Shown: positions 60,896 to 64,000 of the stretch, piece after piece | Position numbering within the stretch: position 1 is the first letter of the stretch | Layout of the letters: each line of letters opens with the position of its first letter | Assembly (NCBI GenBank): GCA_000092065.1 | Contig: CP000584.1 | DNA from: Ostreococcus lucimarinus | Taxonomy: Eukaryota | Reading direction: 5' to 3' (one strand) | DNA: 64,000 nt | Program-made: the position numbers and the translations under genes | Notes under the pieces: model-generated | What the model was told of the DNA's origin: nothing | What the model saw: the letters and a program-made list of their open reading frames with translations, nothing else | Database searches by the model: none

Positions 60896-63800
60896 ATGGC
60901 GCCCGAGCGCGGCGCGCGCGGTGGACGCGGACGCGGGACGACGACGACGACGGGGGCGCGATGCGACGGCGAGGGACGACGCGCGACGACGCGCGGACGG
61001 GGACGGGGACGGGGACGCGGGCGAGGCGGGGGCGCGAGCGCGAGCGCGAGCGCGGAGGCGCTGACGGAGGGTGAGAAAGAGGCGGCGCTGGCGCGGTCGA
61101 GGGCGCGCGAGGAAGCGCAAGCGGCGAAGAGGGCGGCGGAGGAGGCGACGAGGACGGAGGCGGCGGCGGCGAAGGCGCGCGCGGAGCTCGAGGCGAAGCG
61201 ACGGGAGATCGAGCGGGCGCGAGAGACGCGAGCGAAGGCGCGCGAGGGGAACGCGTCGCCGTCGAGGCCGGACGAACAAGCGCTCAAGGGGAGAGATTCG
61301 AGCATTAAGAAGAACACGACGCTGATTAAAAAGTTGAGGACGATTACGGAGGAGAACGGGGCGGCGCTCGCGCAAGAGTTGAGCAGGGTGAACGTGAGTA
61401 AGTACGTCACCGAGGCCGCGACGGCGTGCGTGGAGGGTAAGATGAAGAGCTCGGACGTCAACGCGGCGGTGGAGATCATTTCTTGCATGCACCAGACGTA
61501 CGCGGATTTCGCGGCGCCGCTCATCGCGGCGTTGAGCGCGTACGTATTGCCGCCCAAGCCCGAGACGTTGTTGAAGATGGCAGAGGGCGAGGTAGAGGCG
61601 TTGCCGTCGCCGTTGCAGCGTCGAACCAAATTACGATTGTTCATGGAGCTTCATCTCGTCGGTGTGTGCCCCGAAGTAAAGCCCGTGCTCGACGCCGTGA
61701 AGGAGCTGGCGCGCTTGGAGTACAAGACGGCGCCGGATTTATACCAACACTCGCTCAGCACGCTGGCAAGTTTCGCCAAGACATTTGCCGTGGAGATGCT
61801 CGGTGCCGAACCCGAGGTCGAGATGGCGTCCAACGATTTTATCCTGGCGCCAGATGTGCAAAAGGCGTTTCGGACGACGCTGAATGAGTATTGCGACAGA
61901 CTCTTCTTCGTGCTCATGGAGGCGTTTTCAGCCGTCACAGCGCAAGAACGCGAGATGTCGCGGTTATTAGAACGCACGGGTGCTATTAGTGAGGCAGCAT
62001 CGGTGGAGTTTGCGGCTCTCACAAAGGTGTTTGATGGGTTGTTGAAGGGGGCAACGACGCTCGCAGAAGCGCTCAGTCGCGAGCTTCCAGAGATGAAGAA
62101 GCAAGTGGAAGAGAAGGTCGCACGAGGAGGCACGATGGAGCTGCATCGTGGAGGTGTGAAATCGTCGGGCGAGCGCAGCGATATGTGGGAAGACGAGGAA
62201 CAGCAGCACTTTTACGAGACACTTCCAGATTTGCGAGCCTCGATTCCCGCGGTGCTCCTGGTGAACGCGACGAACGAAAACGAAACGGAAGCCGAGCGTC
62301 TGAAACGCGAGAGGGAAGAAAACGCAGAAGGGCGAAGCGCAAAAGTCGAAGGTTTAATCATGCGTTTGTCCGATTCGCTGTCGAAAGACAAGGCTGATAC
62401 GATTTGTACCGACTTCTGTTACATCGCCGCTCGAGGAGGACGAAGACGGTTGATTCAAGAATTTTTGAGCGTACACCGCTCGGAGGTAGATCGCATTCCA
62501 TTCTATGGTAGAATAATAGCCACACTCGCGAATGTGTTCGATGACATCGCGCCCGCCGTTTCCGAACCGCTGAAGAATGAGTTCTATAATTTGGTCAAGA
62601 AGGGCAAACGAGCAAATCTAAGCGAGCGCTTGAAGAATATCAAATTCATCGGCGAGCTCATCAAGTTCAAAGTTTTCGACGATTTGGCGGTGTTTGAGAT
62701 CGTGAAAAGTCTTTTAGATGATTTTCATGGTGACAATGTCGACGTTCTTTGCTGTTTATTTGACGTAGCGGGCTATTACTTGACTCGAACGCCGTCGACG
62801 TCGAAACGTATGGGAAGCATTTTGGACATCTTCCTGCGCCTAAAAGCTGTGAGCAAGTTGGACTCTCGGCAGTGTGCTTTGGTGGATAGCGCTTATTATA
62901 AATGTAGGCCAGTGCAGAGGGTCGTAGTGGAAAAGATACGACCACCATTGCACGAATATATTCGAGAGCTCATCTATTTACAGTTGTCAAAGCACACGCT
63001 CGACAAAGTGGCGACGCAACTTCGTAAACTTCCTTGGGATGAAACTGAACCTTACTTGTTGAAAAGACTCCTCAAAGTGAGTAAAGGGAGATACGCATCC
63101 GTACCACTCGTCGCAGCGTTGATTGCGAGATTGTCACAATACTACCCGACTCTCGCAGTGCGAGCGCTTGATACATTGCTAGAGGATATTCGATTTGGTT
63201 TAGAGACAAACGAAACGTGGATGCATCAGCGCCGTGTTGCGAACATGAGACTCCTCGCACTTCTGTACAAAGAGCGCGTCGCGCTCTTCCGTGAGCTTAT
63301 GGATACGCTCTACTTGATAATTTCTATCGGCTACGACGGACGCGAAGCGCCTGACTATCTGACGGATACGATTCGTTTGCGCATGGTTTGTACGCTTTTG
63401 GAAACCGCGTTCAAGGGAAGAGGAGCCATTAGTTACGCGCAGAAGAAAGAAATCGACAGGTTCTTGATCTTTTTTCAGCGATACGCGTTGACAAAAGATG
63501 TGGCGTTAGATATATCTAACGACGTCATGGAGTTGTTGTCCTCGATGAATCCGCGAATGAAAATTTGCGAGACGTACGAAGAGGCGAACGGTGAGTGCCA
63601 AAAGCTTCTTGAAAAGCCGAGCATTACCCCTGGTGGCATGGAACCAGTGATGGAGGAGGAGGAAGAAGAAGAAGAAGAAGAAGAAGAAATGGACGTCTGC
63701 GAAGAGAGCGAAGAGAGCGAAGAGAGCGAAGAGAGCGAAGAAGAACACGAAGATGAAGATATGGACGATGTGTCGTCGGATGAATCAGAAGACGAATCTA

Positions 63801-64000
63801 CGGATGGCGAATCCTCGACCGAAGTGGACGTCGACGATGATGACTCCACTGACTCCGGATCCGAGACTTCCGAGCAAGACGAAGAAGTCAAAGTTCGTGC
63901 GAAGCTTTCTCGAGCATCTTTGCAAGAACAGCGAGAGTTTGATCGCGAGATGAACAAGTTCCTCGGTGCCTCTGCGACGTCGATGCTGGGAAGTCGCGGC
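60896..64000 (+). CDS. UPF2: UPF2 (regulator of nonsense transcripts 2), N-terminal about 1035 codons with MIF4G domains. The CDS continues beyond the window end
   Basis: The frame is open from the ATG at 60896 (preceded by an in-frame TGA at 60848) to 64000. GRRRLIQEFLSVHRSEVDRIPFYGRIIATL, NIKFIGELIKFKVFDDLAVFEIVKSLLDDFHGDNVDVLCCLFDVAGYYL and the acidic EEEEEE/ESEESEE linker are UPF2 hallmarks. Not in the ORF track (no stop in window). Confidence 0.8.
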   Translation, partial: MAPERGARGGRGRGTTTTTGARCDGEGRRATTRGRGRGRGRGRGGGASASASAEALTEGEKEAALARSRAREEAQAAKRAAEEATRTEAAAAKARAELEAKRREIERARETRAKAREGNASPSRPDEQALKGRDSSIKKNTTLIKKLRTITEENGAALAQELSRVNVSKYVTEAATACVEGKMKSSDVNAAVEIISCMHQTYADFAAPLIAALSAYVLPPKPETLLKMAEGEVEALPSPLQRRTKLRLFMELHLVGVCPEVKPVLDAVKELARLEYKTAPDLYQHSLSTLASFAKTFAVEMLGAEPEVEMASNDFILAPDVQKAFRTTLNEYCDRLFFVLMEAFSAVTAQEREMSRLLERTGAISEAASVEFAALTKVFDGLLKGATTLAEALSRELPEMKKQVEEKVARGGTMELHRGGVKSSGERSDMWEDEEQQHFYETLPDLRASIPAVLLVNATNENETEAERLKREREENAEGRSAKVEGLIMRLSDSLSKDKADTICTDFCYIAARGGRRRLIQEFLSVHRSEVDRIPFYGRIIATLANVFDDIAPAVSEPLKNEFYNLVKKGKRANLSERLKNIKFIGELIKFKVFDDLAVFEIVKSLLDDFHGDNVDVLCCLFDVAGYYLTRTPSTSKRMGSILDIFLRLKAVSKLDSRQCALVDSAYYKCRPVQRVVVEKIRPPLHEYIRELIYLQLSKHTLDKVATQLRKLPWDETEPYLLKRLLKVSKGRYASVPLVAALIARLSQYYPTLAVRALDTLLEDIRFGLETNETWMHQRRVANMRLLALLYKERVALFRELMDTLYLIISIGYDGREAPDYLTDTIRLRMVCTLLETAFKGRGAISYAQKKEIDRFLIFFQRYALTKDVALDISNDVMELLSSMNPRMKICETYEEANGECQKLLEKPSITPGGMEPVMEEEEEEEEEEEEMDVCEESEESEESEESEEEHEDEDMDDVSSDESEDESTDGESSTEVDVDDDDSTDSGSETSEQDEEVKVRAKLSRASLQEQREFDREMNKFLGASATSMLGSRG

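Noticed and set aside
61071-61325. Poly-Arg ORF MRKRRRWRGRGRARKRKRRRG... and the 352-aa minus ORF 60586..61644
   Set aside because: Alternative-frame and antisense readings of the GC-rich, GAG/GCG-rich 5' part of UPF2.

Overview
The window is GC-rich (about 47-77% locally), very gene-dense nuclear DNA from a unicellular eukaryote. Intergenic spacers run from tens to a few hundred bp, and the few introns are short, AT-rich and GT..AG. Gene content, codon bias and selenoprotein usage fit a mamiellophycean green picoalga such as Ostreococcus or Micromonas (inference from the sequence only). I can support about 38 protein-coding genes on both strands. Housekeeping genes include RPL32 (2 exons), coatomer alpha (4 exons), PRP31, eRF3, UPF2, cactin, SerRS, GrpE, Mn-SOD, galactokinase, threonine synthase, RFT1 (9 exons), STN1, NDUFB11, CMC2 and PPCDC. 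There are also transporters (SLC22-like, SLC37-like, SWEET) and a signal-peptide-peptidase-like protein. I found no rRNA, tRNA, CRISPR or transposon. The most notable items follow. (1) A 13.1-kb single-exon gene encodes a 4372-aa protein with a signal peptide, about 24 tandem IPT/TIG repeats, a Cys-rich module, about 11 C-terminal transmembrane helices and a repeat-bearing tail. (2) A SelM-type selenoprotein whose in-frame TGA (CPGU motif) splits it across two ORFs in the supplied track, with a candidate CC-type SECIS 45-90 nt past the stop. (3) CMC2 and PPCDC lie on the same strand only 11 nt apart and may be bicistronic. (4) Two tandem paralogous Lys/Ala/Thr-rich genes each carry a conserved short 5' exon. 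(5) Two long coding regions running off the window ends (a golgin-like gene at the 5' end, UPF2 at the 3' end) are invisible to the ORF track. Several (ACG)n microsatellites encode poly-Thr tracts in N-terminal presequences.
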